A DNA stretch of 64,000 bases from Dimorphilus gyrociliatus (GCA_904063045.1 CAJFCJ010000012.1:1488001-1552000); one strand, 5' to 3'; numbered from the stretch's first letter, positions 11,440 to 25,991 are shown. The notes: generated from the sequence alone by a model not told the origin. Numbers and translations are program-made.

Positions 11440-14050
11440 ATGTCAAACGTAACATCTAGCTCTTATCTATCGATTTCTTCTTCACAAGCAATAAGCGATG
11501 CAAAACAAATTCTTTTAAATAGTTTATTGAATTGTTTAAAAGAAAAGGATAACTCTAAACACGTAAATTTAGAAAAACGTCAATCATTTATAGACGCTTT
11601 AAATGGATGTTTAGAATTTCAAAAAGTTCCTAAGGACAAGTATCAGCTAAAAGAAAGGAGTGAGGTCGAATCGAGCGGCCGAAAATTAGATGATTCATTG
11701 TCTTTTGTTATGGTAACCGATTCCAGTGAGGAGTCTAATGATAGTATAGAATTTAGTAATGAAAAAAGAATTAATGTAAAAGATGATGATAGGTGTACAT
11801 TAGATAAAAGTAAAACTAGAGAAGACAACGAAAATAGAAATGAAACTTTACAACGTTTAATTAAAAAGTTTCACACAATCAGGGACAAAGAAATAAATAG
11901 AGAGGTTCTTAAGGATTCAAAGTAATATATTATTAATAATTGGTTAAAATAAGCTAATTCTTTTACAATAGCTCCTGACTTAACAATTTAATCCTCGTAA
12001 GAAGGAGAAAGGGTAATTGTACTTCCATTAGACATTAACAAAGTACGATTAATCCTCATCATTAACTATTTTAGGCCTATTGAAATATATAAAATACATT
12101 TAAAAGAGATAAGACAGTAACATTTATATTTATATAGGAATAGTGTGAAGAAATCTAACAAGAGAGTAGACGAAGATAGCTGGATTAGTTTTGAAGAGAC
12201 GTCAGCCGTTACTTCTAACCCCCACTCAAATCAAGCTTTAAAGAAAAGTAAAAATGATAGAGATCAGCTTTTCGAGGAAACGACATCATCTTGCGATGAA
12301 TCGAATACTTTAACTAAAACTACGACCAATTCAAAATCATATACACCTATAAAGAGTCACAAAATTAATCGGGAAAATCCTAGAATTACAGCAAAGAACT
12401 ATTTGAATGAACAGCTTTCAAAGACAAATTCAAAAGATAATAAAGATTATCTGGATTATAATCAATTATCAATTGAATCACCAGGAATTAAATCAGAATC
12501 CGTAACACTGAATGAAACAGAGCATATTGACATTCTTAATAGGTTGCATAATAATACAGTATCCGGTAGTCTTCCTCTTTCTATAAAAAATAAAAAAAAT
12601 AAAGTAGAACCTTCGACGGATGATACTGACAACAGTGTGACACTTGCTCTTAATCAAAGACGCTCTAATAATGTTAGAGAGTTACAATCGAAATTTCAAG
12701 TTTTGTCAAATCTTTCTCTACACTATTTAGATTATATGATGTCGTTCTTTTCGGCGAAATGTCTACGCTTTAACGATGTTAAACTAGCCTGTCTTCGTCC
12801 AAACGGAAGAAATCCCATCAAGATTCATATCGGCTCTAGTGTCGATGTATATCTTGGATCTCTCGAACCAAAAGGTTATATGGTTGCCGTAAAGATGTAC
12901 AAGAAGAACTCTAATACAAATTTAACAAATATACTTCAAGAGGTTCGCGTTCTTTCAGATCTAAATGATTGCGAAGATGAGCCAACACCATACTTTTATG
13001 GTCTCTTGAATATAAAATCAAGAAAATACCATTCGTATTGCGTCGTTAATCAATTCTTGGGTGATCCATTATCATTTCATACATTAAGATTAATTGATTA
13101 CCTAAAACAATGTAAAAGAGATAAGAAACTGTGGAGATTGGGACAAGCCACAGGTATTAATAGAAAGATGCTTTTAAAATTAGCAGAAAAAATAAAAATG
13201 ATCCATTCAAAAGGTATTCTTAGATTTGAACTGGTTCTATTTAAGTCATTTAATCAAATATGTAGGAAACTTAGCTAAACATAGCATTCTAAAAATATTA
13301 TTCAATGGATAATTGATAAATGTTTAATGTATGCGCATAGATGTATTAGCAAGGAGTGTATACAGTATGTATTTATACACGTTTATAAAATACTCAGAGC
13401 AGACAATTGTTGTGTCATTATCTTACATGACTAAATCATTCATATCAGAAACTGGAATATACCTTATTCCCTTTTGTCTAATAAGTACTCCTGTAATTAT
13501 CCTTGCTATTTAATCAAGTTTCTATTCTGCTGCTTGCTTTATTAATAAATACTAGACCTAATTATATAGTCATGTTAAGTATGTCTTGTGGAAAAGTGAT
13601 GATTAAATGTCCTGCCTTTTCCCAATAACCAGTTTCTATCTATGAATTGAAGGTGTTCTGATTAATAACTTGACAGCTGCAAATGTCCTTCTTTGTTGGA
13701 GAAACGGTATCCTATTACCGTTTGTAGCAGATATGAGCCACTCTACTTACATTAGGGAAAATGTTCTAAGTAAGTCTAAGAAGGAGGAGGAAGAGCGAGG
13801 AAGAAGCGAACATCCTAAAAATAAAAGCTATTTGCAGAGTAAAGCATGGGGGCGAAACCGAAAATATTCCAAATCTTTTGATATTTACAGTTTTGGTGGG
13901 ATAATCAAAGTATTTTGTTACTTATCAAAGAAGAATGACACACAGTACAAATGGTACAACGATTTGAGGAAGATGCTCTTGTATGAAAATGGCAACAAAA
14001 GCGTTAATATTTCCCAAATTATTAGTTATTTTGAAAATTATCTGCTATAA
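11440..14050 (+). CDS. Divergent protein-kinase-fold protein (predicted pseudokinase) with a long S/N/K-rich N-terminus. Exons 11440-11921, 12138-13213, 13653-14050
   Basis: Splice phases are consistent (AA|G; G|GT). VAVK lysine, alphaC QEVRVL and subdomain IX DIYSFG are present. The catalytic loop reads VLINNLTAANVLL and the DFG position reads DMS. Confidence 0.8.
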
Positions 14051-14109
14051 TCAGGAAGTTAAAATAGAAAATAGAAGCATATTTATTATATCTCTTACTC
14101 ATTTATACA

Positions 14110-14111
<2 letters not shown>

Positions 14112-14144
<33 letters not shown>
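14112..14144. repeat. (CT)n microsatellite
   Basis: Directly visible just downstream of the pseudokinase stop. Confidence 0.95.
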
Positions 14145-14151
<7 letters not shown>

Positions 14152-16503
14152 CTCTATCTCTCTCACGCACTCACTCTCTTTAATTTTTATCCGTCTTTTT
14201 ATCCTTTCAAGAAAGAGAGTATACCTTTTTTTTCTCATTTCAATAGAGATGTAAAAAATGGCTAATACAGTATCTATGGAGGTATAGGCAATCAAGGATG
14301 TAATGTAAAAAATCTTTCCTTTTCCATATATTTCTATACTCTGTTTTGTTTTTGACAATAAAGAATATTGTATTATTTTATATCCGTTTAGAAAAGGAAC
14401 GCATTATCTTCTTACCAATATCAATCTGTAATGAATATTACAAAACACTCTTGTGCATATACAATACTTGTATATACTATATATACAATATATATATATT
14501 TCTCTTAATTAAATGGCTGTTTTTATTTTCATCCTAGATCTAAACGAAGGGAGAAAATATGGAAAATAAATAGGGGGTGGGGGGAGAGAGAGAGAGGGGG
14601 TGGGGAGGGTGTGAAGAAACTGGTTGTGATTGAAACGATTTCTTTAATTATGCATGCTATTAATAGAAGTCTTATTAAAAGGTTTTTTTTAGTTTGTTTT
14701 AAATTATAGAATAAAGAGGGCGTTTGGGTAACAGTAAATATATGATACAGGGTCTAGCTTTATAGTTTATTAGAAAAAAAGCACTGGTTACTGTAGGAAA
14801 GTTAGCCGAAATTGACTAGATGATAAAAAATACTTTTAATAATACCAATTTATTATTAGTTAAAGCGGTTAGTTACTGCACGGATATTAATTAATACTCT
14901 CATTAATTATTAAAAGGTATAGTATACAGTAGGGGTTGTTTCACTCATATTTAGTTTTTCTCGTTATTTATACATATACAACACTAGGTGCACGCAATAG
15001 GATAGTTTTAAAATTGTAAGTATCTCTTCCTTATTTTACGACTATTAGAAACGAAATCAATCATTCAGTTATCTGATGAATTGGCTTTATATCTAGCATT
15101 ATACCATATATATATATATATATAGAATATATACATTTATATACTACTGTATAGTACATAAACTCTCGGTGTCTATTATTCTATCATTAATTACATCATC
15201 GTTTAACGTGTGCATGTTGTTTTTCTCTTTCTAGTTTGTTTATAATGATAATATAGGAAAAATGGAAAAGCTGTCTAAATCAAGGGAAATCTTAAGCTAT
15301 TTTTTTTACGATGTATGATAAACTCTTTTTTTTTATAAAAAAAAAGGCAATAATCTTCAATTACACTTCCCAGATAAGTTGCTTGTTGCTGTGTTTATTA
15401 AAAAATTATATACTAATTGTAGAAGCTTGTATTGTTTTTCTACAATCATTCAACTAGCAAATCATATCTTTAAGGAGAGAAGAGAGTGAATAGAAATCTC
15501 TCTAGAAGGCTTAATTTAATCATTTGAAGGTCTATTTTAAAAAACTACTTTACAATATTTACAACAGGGAATACTTTTCTCTCCATTATTCTCAGTTGTT
15601 TATCTGCGTAGTTTAATATGCGTGTGCGTATGTGTTTTATTACAGAAATATGTTAATTTTTACATATGTTTCCTTCAAATTCTTATGATATATATCAAAA
15701 TCTTTACATATACATATACACATATATATTCAGTATCTATCTATATTTATATTTACATACCTGGACTGCTTAAACCCATAAATTAGCAAGGCTTTTTTTT
15801 TTCTTTATCAATGCGTCAGACATAATTGATTTGTTAATTGTTTATCAATTATTATGCTTTTTTCCTATTTTCCAGGAACGAGAAGATTGCTCAATTTAGA
15901 ATTATTTCTTCAAGGTAAAAAATATATTTACTTCAAAACTTCTAAAAGTACTTTATGTAGTCTCTCTCTCTCTCTCTTTTTCCAATTTTCCATATATATA
16001 AAAATTATATAATAACAATTCAAAAGACGGCATTAGTTTATATATATATATGGCAAAACACTTCACATCTATAGCGATGGTAGAAGGTTATTTAAAAAAA
16101 TAGATGAATCTCTTCGTAAATTAAATAAAAGTAAGGTAAGGAAAATAGCTTTAAAAAACAAGGGTACCACAGGTTTTCAAGAGCAGCCTCTTAATTAAAT
16201 AGACATGTAAAGAAGAAGAGAGACTTTTCTTTACTACTTAAATGATTAAATTATTAGTGATATTGGGGGAGTTTTTAAAAGTAGTTTACTCTTCCCGCCA
16301 AAAAGTTTAAAAACCAGTTTTTAACACTTTTTTGTTCGTATTTAGCAGACTAGTTAGAAAGGTCGAATGTTTAGTTAATAAAGAATGACATTATCGTTAA
16401 TATGTCGTAAATTACGCCTAAATATTCGACGTTAAAACTAAGCAGATCAATGCTAGTTGAATTGATATAAATAATAGATAAGGGTGTGTATAAAATATTT
16501 TAG

Positions 16504-16517
16504 CTCGTAGATGTCGC
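16504..16517 (+). promoter_or_regulatory. CTCF-like site CTCGTAGATGTCGC, ~44 nt upstream of the SHPK ATG
   Basis: Same core as the other gene-proximal copies. Confidence 0.4.
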
Positions 16518-16560
16518 TTTTATCAGGCGCTTACTTTCATTTCGATCCATCGGATAGGCA

Positions 16561-18053
16561 ATGGGAAAATTACTGCTTGGAATCGATATTGGGACAACTT
16601 CCGTTAAAACTGTTCTGGTTGATGGAACGACTGGAGAATTAATTAAAAGTCAGTCGAGAGAGACGCAAGCAACCAAGAATACATCTATTGCGGGAGGTAA
16701 TGAACAAGACGTCTCTAAGATTCTTACTGCTCTGCAATTCTGTCTTAGTACTTTACCGAAGGAGAAGCTACTAAATGTTTATAAAATAGGCGTTGCTGGT
16801 CAAATGCATGGTGTTGTACTTTGGAAAAGTGACACTTCTTGGTCTCGAAACTCTTACGGAAGATTTGAGCTATCTTCTAACAATGTTTCTTCTCTATACA
16901 CTTGGCAAGATACTAGAGCTGGACCAGATTTTTTAGCATCATTACCGAGGCCCGATTCCCATCTAGGCCTATCGACCGGTTACGGTTGTGTAACGTTACT
17001 CTGGTTGAAGGAAAACAGAGTAAATTGTTTGGAAAATTACGATTGCGCCGGAACTGTACAGGATATGGTAGTTTGCATGTTAACAGATTTGAAAAGACCA
17101 GTAACTTCAACTCATAACGCTGCCTCTTGGGGTTATTATAATGCAGTCGGCAAACAGTGGAATAGTGATATGTAAGTATGGAACGGCAATAGAAAAGCCT
17201 CCCTCTTTTCTTTTTATCCGTGTTTTTATCTTGTATAGATAAAAGTTTAATTAAAGAATACGGCCTATTCAGATTAAAGCGGCAAGGATTACGGGAGGAG
17301 CTCCTACCGGATGTCAAGGAAGCTGGAGAGGAAGCTGGAAAACTTTGCTGCAATTGGTACGAAATCCCCGAAAATACTCCTGTTGGGGTAGCGATGGGCG
17401 ATCTCCAATGCTCAATTAGGGCAAGATTATCGAAGCGGTCGGATGCGGTTCTAAATATAAGTACATCCGCTCAGTTGGCTTTCGAAATGCACGATGGGTT
17501 CGAACCCTCAGTGAAGAAGGAAGAACTCACATCGACAGTAGATTATCTACCGTATTTTGGTTCGAGATACGTTGCTGTTGCGGCGTCGCTTAGTGGAGGA
17601 AATGTCATGGCGGCGTTTGTTAGGACACTGCAGCAGTGGACACACGAATTAGGCGTAAGCGTTCCCCAGGCGAAGATCTGGACAACCCTTTTGTCTCAAA
17701 CACCCCGCGAAAGTGATTTAACTGTCGTTCCAACACTCTTTGGAGAAAGGCATTCACCGTCAGTTCGTGCCAAGGTAGATAATATTACAACGGATAACAC
17801 TAGTTTGTCATCGGTCTTCTCAGCAATCTGTAAGGGCGTCGTTTGTAATTTGCATTCGATGATGCCCAGGCACGTTCTTCTAGCAGCAGCCGTTAAGCGA
17901 ATAGTTGGGTCGGGATCCGTGTTAGCTCGAAATCATCTAGTTAGGCAATACGTTGAGGGAATCTATCAACTACCTCTCGTCATATCTTCGGATACCCAGG
18001 CAGACGCAGCAGTTGGTGCTGCTTACGCCGTTGGCAATTTCTACGCTAATTAA
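16561..18053 (+). CDS. SHPK: Sedoheptulokinase (FGGY carbohydrate kinase family). Exons 16561-17171, 17273-18053
   Basis: LGIDIGTTSVK, GVAGQMHGVVLW, WQD, TGYGCVTLLWL, NAASWGY, GDLQCS, LNISTSAQL, VAASLSGGNV, PTLFGERH and ADAAVGAA are the SHPK/CARKL pattern. The single intron (GTAAGT...TTCAG) keeps the frame. Confidence 0.93.
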
Positions 18054-19126
18054 GACGAAATAAACACAAGAACGATGTATAGAAGATAGCCAATTCGATA
18101 ATCGCTCTTCTACTTCACTCGTCGAATAATCGATGTTTCTCCCATTTAAATTAACGAAGGTAGAAGACCAAACTTCTCTTATTAATTATTGGTTTTTGAG
18201 AAAAGAAAACATATACTCATAACCTCTTTATCTTTTAACCTATTAATGAGCTTTTTGCGGCTTTTACGAGTGCTCTGTAAACTCGGGGATTATGTAAAAG
18301 AAATTGATAAGATTAGTATTGCTGACGTTCCTTACAGGCGTCTCTGTTGCTACTGCCATCTGTTTCTTTCTTGGCGTTAAAAAAAAACAATGCACTCTAT
18401 TTTTTTTGTTTTATTTTGCTTAATAAAACTATAGTCTGCATTTAGGTCATATTTTAATCTTCATAAAACAACGGATAATTCCCAGATAGATTTTTGTTTG
18501 GGTTACAAAATACGATTGTAAATATTTATAGTAGAAAGTTATTTCCATTCAATACTTTTAACAATCGTCCTTGACAATCACTTAAAAAAAACGTTCAAAA
18601 TTGATAAGAACCTAACAGAAAACAATATCCATTCAATAATTAAAAGTAATAATATTAAAAAAAAAAAAAGACTATACTGTAAATAAACAAAAGAAGGAAT
18701 ATTAACATAAAATATCTTTCAAGTAAAACTTTACAAAAACAAACAAATAAACAAACAAAAAATTTTTATACATAATTCTATTATTTTTTTCTTTTTTGTT
18801 TTTTTAAAAAAAAAATAATCACTTTGTTTTTGTTTTTCCTTTTTTTACTTATTTTGACCTGGAACTTTTACTAAAAATATAAATATAACATAAATAATGT
18901 AGTTTCTTTTTTTTTCAATAACGTTAAACAAAATACTTTGTTATTTCTATTATTCGTAATTTTTATTAAACAACTGCGTAATTATTGATTTATTTGCTGT
19001 TTTTTTGTTGTTTTCAGCGTTTTTTCTTTTAGTATATATACAGTATATAGTTCTAAAAAGGCTAAATAAAAATTTTTACTAACTTTCTGTTTTTTTAAAA
19101 AAACAAAACAAAACAATAATTTTTTA

Positions 19127-21381
19127 TCACGATTTACAGCAACTTCGTCGTTTCTTTTCAGGATTTTCATTTAGTTGTAAACCAGCGTTTCTAACGCTAA
19201 TATCTTCGTTAGCGGCAAGTATTCTGTTGAGTGGAAAATACTAATTTTTAATTATCTATTTTAAAAGGCTTTTGCTCTCTTTCATTTCGTACCTTGATAA
19301 TTCTATAACAGCTTCTTCGATGTTCTTGCCATTTTTTGCGCTTGTTTCTATATAGAATGCATCGATTTCCTGTGAAATTATATAAAAAAAATTCAATTTT
19401 CAGTTGAGTTATTTCACTAAAAGGCTAACAAACTTACTTCAGCCAATCGCTGACCTTCCTTAGTGGTGATGAAAGTTTTTGAAGAGTTCCAGGCATCTGT
19501 TTTGTTAGCGCACAGTACGATGGGCAATTTGTTAATTTCTTCGATTGTACTTGTCCAGTTTCTAACGTTCAAAAAGGACTCTGGATCAGTAGAGTCGTAG
19601 AGTAAGAGCACTCCATCAGCCTTTTTAAAGTATGACCTTGCGACGCTTCTAAAACGTTCTTGTCCTGCAGTATCCCATATTTGAACGGCTATTGGTATAC
19701 CGTCTAGTTCAATAGATTTTGTTTGAAAATCAACACCAATCGTTGAAGATGTCGCGTTCGGTCGAAAGATGTCGTTGCATAAACGCATTAAGAAGCTGCT
19801 TTTACCGACATTTGAATCCCCTGCTAAAACTACTTTAAACATTCTTTGAGGTTCGCTCATGCTAATTATATGATGACTCCTGGTTGCTTCAAAAACTGAG
19901 GATACCGAATCATCCTCTGAAGTATATTTCCCGCTATCCATATCGTCCTGAGCTCTGAAAAAATCGGTGGACACCGGACTTCTTTTGACCTGAAACAAAG
20001 TCAATTTAGTTTGCAAACGTCGATAATCATATCCGAGACAAGTAATTTACCAAATAAGATTTACGACTCCTTTCTGCCTCAACAGAGGATCTTAGCTCTT
20101 CGTTAACGCCGTGTAGACGTCTATTAGCATCGCTGTTATGATAAACGCGTAAGGATATTTCTGACATAAAAATAAACAACGATCTTACTGTAGCGAATGA
20201 ATTTGATGAGATAAATTTTCGTGTTCGCTCATATATTCGGTCAATAATTCTTTTTCACTTAAAAAGCAAGTAAGCAGATATTAAACTAAAGAAAGATAGA
20301 AAGAAATAAGGAGGGGACCGAGAAGAGACGAAATAAAAAGAAGGAATAGATTCTCTTTTTCTCTATATCTCATGTCTTCTTCTCCTTTTTCTTCTTCTTC
20401 TTCTTCTTCTCTTTCGTCTTCTTCTACCTCTGCCTCTCCTCCCTTTCTTAAACTTGTAACGAATAAAGGATACATACTTTTCTAATTCGAAGCACTTATC
20501 CTCGTACTTTTGTTTCAAGTGCGTAAAATCCGATTTGATAACAGTTAATTGAGTATGGGCATCCGTTAAGCAACTCTTCAACGACCTAATTTCATTTTTC
20601 ATCTCTTCAAAATTTTCTTTAGTTATCCCTAAACGTCTTTCACCCCATAATTCTGTCTCAACTTTTTCTAATCTCCTTAATCTTGCTCTCAATTCAACAA
20701 TTTCACTAAAATGGCTATTTTTTGATAAATAATTTGCAGATTTTGTTAAAGCGTCTTGTTGTAAATTTCTTTCTAATTCCGTGTTTGAAATTTTTAGGCG
20801 TTCGTCTACAAAATATTCTTTAGGTTTAGCAGCCTCGTCCCGCTGTTTGTAGGCCTGTTCAATATCTCTGATAACCGATGATATAAGGGACTCGAATAAA
20901 TTTAACACGTTAGGTCTGTTATCGGTAAGTAATAGGTGGTAGAGTTCATAGATTTCATCCTGGCTATATATATAATTAAATTAACTGTTTGAATTACTTT
21001 TTATGAACAATTTACGACGTAATATTACTATTAGTAATCGATTATTGAGTATTGTTTTTAACCTATCTTTATAAATATCTAATATAATTTATAAATAACT
21101 TACCAAGACAACACTGAAAAATTTGTATTTAAATTATCAATAAATCCACTATTGTTATTTCCTTTTTGATCAATTGAGGAACTAATGTTGGCGAAACCCT
21201 GTTGAAATTCCTCTATTGATATTCTTCCATCACCATCTTTATCCAATTGTAGAAAGACTTGACGTGTCTCATCACAATTTAAATTCGGACATATTAAAGA
21301 TAATTGTTTTTCGTTAATGTAACCGTTTCCTTCAGTGTCGTACGCCTTAAATATTGCTAATATTTTACCGCTTGTGTCCAT
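19127..21381 (-). CDS. RASEF: RASEF/Rab45-type large Rab: two EF-hands, coiled coil, C-terminal Rab GTPase
   Basis: EF loops DTEGNGYINE and DKDGDGRISIEEF. Rab motifs GDSNVGKS, TIGVDF, WDTAGQERF, NKTD and ETSAK (spliced exon ~19290-19369). C-terminus ...EKKRRSCCKS-TGA (19127-19129) carries a prenylation-type CC motif. CRACR2A/Rab46 cannot be fully excluded. Confidence 0.88.
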
Positions 21382-22843
21382 GACTTAAAAAAGTATGGCC
21401 ATCGCTACATTCGTACTCTTTATTATTCCACCGACACATTCGATTTTATGTTTTTCTAAGCATCTGTTACACTTTTTTTTTATCCCTGGTCCACACGGCT
21501 GTTAACTTGTTCACGTTCAATGCCCGGTGTTATTTTCACTGGTACCAGTTTTAATTGGCATTTACTTTGCGATTTTATAGCAAGAATTGAATTGTTTTCT
21601 TTTTTTAATGAGAATTAAACAGATGTATAAAATACCAATCAGCTTTCTTTTTCTTATAGATATATAAAAATATATTTATATACATTTTTTTTTTCATAGA
21701 AATAATACCTAAAATTCTATATCTTTTCAAGTGTGAATAACAGCTGCAGACTATTCGCAGTATGATACTTTTAAGCTTTTGAAAAATACCCCGCCACATT
21801 AGAATAGTCCCGCACTTAAGTATTTATTCAAAATCATGATAGATGAACAGCTTTAGATAAGTATGTATCATTTATTGCACTATAGTATTAAAATGAATTG
21901 CAGAATAGTTTGGTTACACATTCAACGCGCAAAATGTGGTTGACAAATGAAAGAGGAACACTGAACATCATGCTAAAGTGTATCTATATTTATATAGCTT
22001 GTAGGATTCTCAAATAAAAATGAAATGAACTCTAATTAAAGTGTTCATTTATTTGTAATGGTTATAAAAATTTTAAATCTTTTTAATCATGATATACAAA
22101 CTGTTTAATACTTTCAAGTTTAATTTGAATTTAACAGATAGGTTTGAGAATCCCGCCAGATGATGCGCACCTGGCATGCGCAGAGAGCGTCTGTTTGATT
22201 AAGCATAAATTTTCGCTGTTTAATTGGGCTTCTTATTTTAATAAAATCATTTTCGCCAAGACTGCAAGTTAGAAATTATGACAAGATCTCTCTGCAATCA
22301 GAAATGGATAATTTTAAACAGCGATCGGCAGTAAATCTGACTGTTTAATTAATTATTTTATTTATTTGAAAATTTTCAAAGGTGAGTCTACTCATTTTCC
22401 TTAGCTCTAACATTAATTAACGCTTATTTGCCGAATTCAAAAGCTCTACTTATTGCTTGCAGGAGTAGATATTTTGACAATTAATGATTGACTATTACTG
22501 TCGCTAAACTGATGAGATTATAGTTTGTCAGAAGCAACGTGCAGCATCTGTCAAATCTGTAATCAATTGCGTTATTACGCTTATCAAGTATTTACTAATT
22601 AACAAAATTTATAGTAAATATTAAGATTTACACGTTTAAAATATATTTGTATAAAAGATATGGAAGGTAAAGCGGCAAAAAATAATATTTAGGGCTTTCA
22701 ATCTAAAATCTAGATTGTTAAAATTTAAGGATTCTGCAATCGCGAGTTTGCTCCTCGTCTTTCTTATTAGAATAAATAAAAAATATTTAAACATAAAAAA
22801 TGAAGTTATACGTTGCTAAGTAGTAGGCCTTCTCCAGGTCATC

Positions 22844-25800
22844 ATGAGCAACGTTCGCAAACCGAGTAGTTGCGCTGGCGCTGGTGCGGGTGATTCGGCC
22901 AGTCCTCCTCCAAGTCCTTCTCCAGAAGAATCTGATGCTCTAACAGCAAATTTCGAAGCTAGTAGGGGATCATCCCCTCTTCCCACTGAGTACTTCAAGG
23001 TAGATCAATTTTTGGTTGTTTAATGTTTTATTTTTTTGAGTAAAAGAAAACCAACATGCTTGTGAATTGATTGCATTGAATTTCTTTATCAAATGTAGTT
23101 GCTTTTCTTTTACGCACTTTTTTTTGTTTTTGCATGAAAAATGTGCACGTTATCTTTCTTATCGAATCGTTGATTAAAGATAATAAGTTGGTGTAGGCCT
23201 AAAACAACAACAACAAAAAATATCACTCTAAGAATTATATTTGAGGTATTTTTCTGAGCATATGTTGCGCAACTGGTCTTATTCTATTTCATAGACGATG
23301 TAAGAGGCGGAGTCTATTGACGAGTCAAGTTCAGCTAACTACATGATTGGTATAGATGCCCTGGACGAGATATGAACAATATGTTCTATTTGCTTTCAAC
23401 CCTCGATAAAGATTTTATAATTTGTACTATACACCAAAAAAAAAAAAAAAATAATACAAAATTGTTATTCATCATTAATTAGATTCTCTTTCTCTCGCTC
23501 CCTCTCTCTCCCCAGATCACCTTTCTATTTACCTATATATCTTTTTATCTCTTAATACATTTCATTATGGCTTTTTTCTTTAAAATGTCAACTAAATTAA
23601 TCCCAACATCTCATTTTATCTTATACGCATGCAAAGCAAGAGACGTGTACAAAACACACCCTTTTTTTTTCCCACTTGAAAATTATTTAAATAAACAAAC
23701 ATGTATATATATATATATACTAATACATATATATATATATACAGTATATTTAATCTATGATTTTTTGCATTTGCATATGAACATTCTATTATTTCAATGC
23801 ATTCTTTTATTTCTATGAGCAATAAAATAGCATTTATATATGTTAATTAGTAATTCTCTTACATCATTTGGTTCTACTCTTTTATATTTGATTTTTATTC
23901 TTTGTATTAAATTATTTATATTATATTTGAAGTTTGTCAATTTTTTCTTATATATCAATCTTTTTCATTTATATAGAAGAAAGATAGTTCGGCGTCCATT
24001 AATATGGAAGGTAGTAGTGGTGGTTTAGATAAAAATCGTAAAGTTTACGTCACTCAACCTGGTCATCATAAGCCAAAACCTACTGGACCTTCTGGTAAAG
24101 CGTCGAAAGATAAGAATAAAGCGGATATAGCTAAAGAAATACATAAATGTAAAGAAGAGAACGCTTATCGTCTTGATTTATCTAAACAGCAGTTATCCGT
24201 TTTGCCAACAAGCGTTAAGGACCTTACGCAAATTTGCGAATTGTATCTTTACGGCAACAAATTGGCGTGTCTACCCCCAGAAATTGGGGTACTTCAACAA
24301 CTCAAGACTTTAGCTCTTAGCGAGAACTCCCTGACGAGTTTACCTGAGACGCTAGCGAGTTTACACTCCATTCGTGTCCTGGATCTAAGGCACAATAAAT
24401 TGACTGAAATTCCGGAGGTCGTTTACAAACTAACGTCACTTTGCACACTTTTCCTTAGATTCAATCGTATCCGCTTTGTCGGCGATGAAATATCTAAATT
24501 GACGGTGAGTTATTTCTTTTTTTTTAATTACAGACGACTGAAACATAACACCATTAATAACAATTAATTAACAGAAACTGGGGATGCTTAGTCTAAGAGA
24601 GAACAAGATTAAGCAGCTGCCCACAGGCATAGGTTGCCTCGTTAAATTAGTCACCTTTGATGCTTCTCATAACCAGTTAGAGCATATACCTGAAGAAATT
24701 GGACGATGTACTTTACTCTCCTCCCTCGAACTTCAGCACAACGAACTTATCGATTTGCCAGAATCGATAGGTAACCTCGTTCAACTAACACGTTTGGGCT
24801 TAAAATATAACCAATTGCGGGATATACCTCGTACACTATCTAACTGCAATCAATTAGAAGAGTTCAATGTTGAAGGAAACATTATACCTCAATTGCCCGA
24901 AGGTTTATTATCTAGTCTGACCAGAGTAACTAGTATTACTCTATCGCGGAATGCATTTGGCTCGTATCCGGTTGGAGGACCTTCACAATTTTGTTCGGCA
25001 GTCGTAAGTATTTTTTTGTTTTTCACTGGTTGTTTGTCGCTAGTTCACTAACTAGAGTTCAAGGTTCTCTTGTACTTGACGCGCTCGTTGTTTGTGAGAA
25101 CTCGAAATCAGACATGTTTCTCTTTCTATATACCATATATATGTCTCATTTTACTTTCCTCTTTCCTTCCGTCCATTATTGATTCGTTTTATTAAATTTC
25201 ATTTCTGCTTTCTCTTCCCAGAATATAAATATGGAGCATAATCAAATCAACAAGATACCTTTTGCCATCTTTTCGCAAGCAACTTATCTATCTAAATTAA
25301 ATATGAAAGACAACAAACTGACGTCATTACCATTAGACATGGGCCACTGGACTAATATGACAGAATTAAACCTGGGAACAAATCATTTAAACAAGATACC
25401 TGATGATATAAAGCATCTACAATCGCTAGAAGTTCTCGTACTTTCGAACAATTGCCTGCAACGATTACCAGTATCAATCGGCCATCTGCATAAGTTACGA
25501 GTTCTTGATCTCGAAGAGAACAAGCTGGAGGTGCTGCCAGATGAGATTGGTCACTTGACTTCATTGACCAATCTCGTCGTTCAATCTAATCAGCTAACTC
25601 AACTACCAAGGGCTATAGGACAGTTGCATAATTTAACATACTTATCAGCAGGAGAAAACGGATTGCATTCTTTACCGGAAGAAATCGGCAATCTCGATTC
25701 TCTGGAATCGTTATACATCAACGATAATCCGAACCTTCATCAATTGCCGTTCGAGTTGGCACTCTGTTCAAATCTGATAATAATGAGCATAGAGAATTGC

Positions 25801-25991
25801 CCATTATCTACCATTCCAACAGAGATTGTAGCTTCTGGACCGTCGCTTATCATTCAAGTAAATAATAATTACATTTCGATTTTTTTTATTCTTTTCTTTC
25901 TCGTTTATAATCTGTAATTTAACGCTCTTTCCCTTCTTTTATATTTCAGTATTTAAAGCTACAAGGTCCCTACACAGCTGGAAGGCATTAA
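22844..25991 (+). CDS. SHOC2: Leucine-rich repeat scaffold SHOC2/Sur-8. Exons 22844-22999, 23977-24504, 24575-25003, 25222-25857, 25950-25991
   Basis: RLDLSK...ELYLYGNKL...[14 protein letters not shown] array, [37 protein letters not shown] and C-terminal YLKLQGPY, all typical of SHOC2. All junctions are phase 0. Confidence 0.95.

Noticed and set aside
4477-18053. SHPK near a TRP channel gene, recalling vertebrate SHPK-TRPV1 adjacency
   Set aside because: The channel here is TRPC, not TRPV, and two genes intervene; likely coincidence.
20133-20188. Apparent 28-nt intron in RASEF (acceptor at ~20161)
   Set aside because: That acceptor causes an in-frame stop. The next acceptor (CATAACAG) gives a normal 56-nt intron and restores DANRRLH.
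23295-23370. Possible poison exon or micro-exon in SHOC2 intron 1 (TTCATAG|ACGATGTAAG)
   Set aside because: Exon 1 already splices in frame to 23977, and nothing in the sequence shows this site is used.
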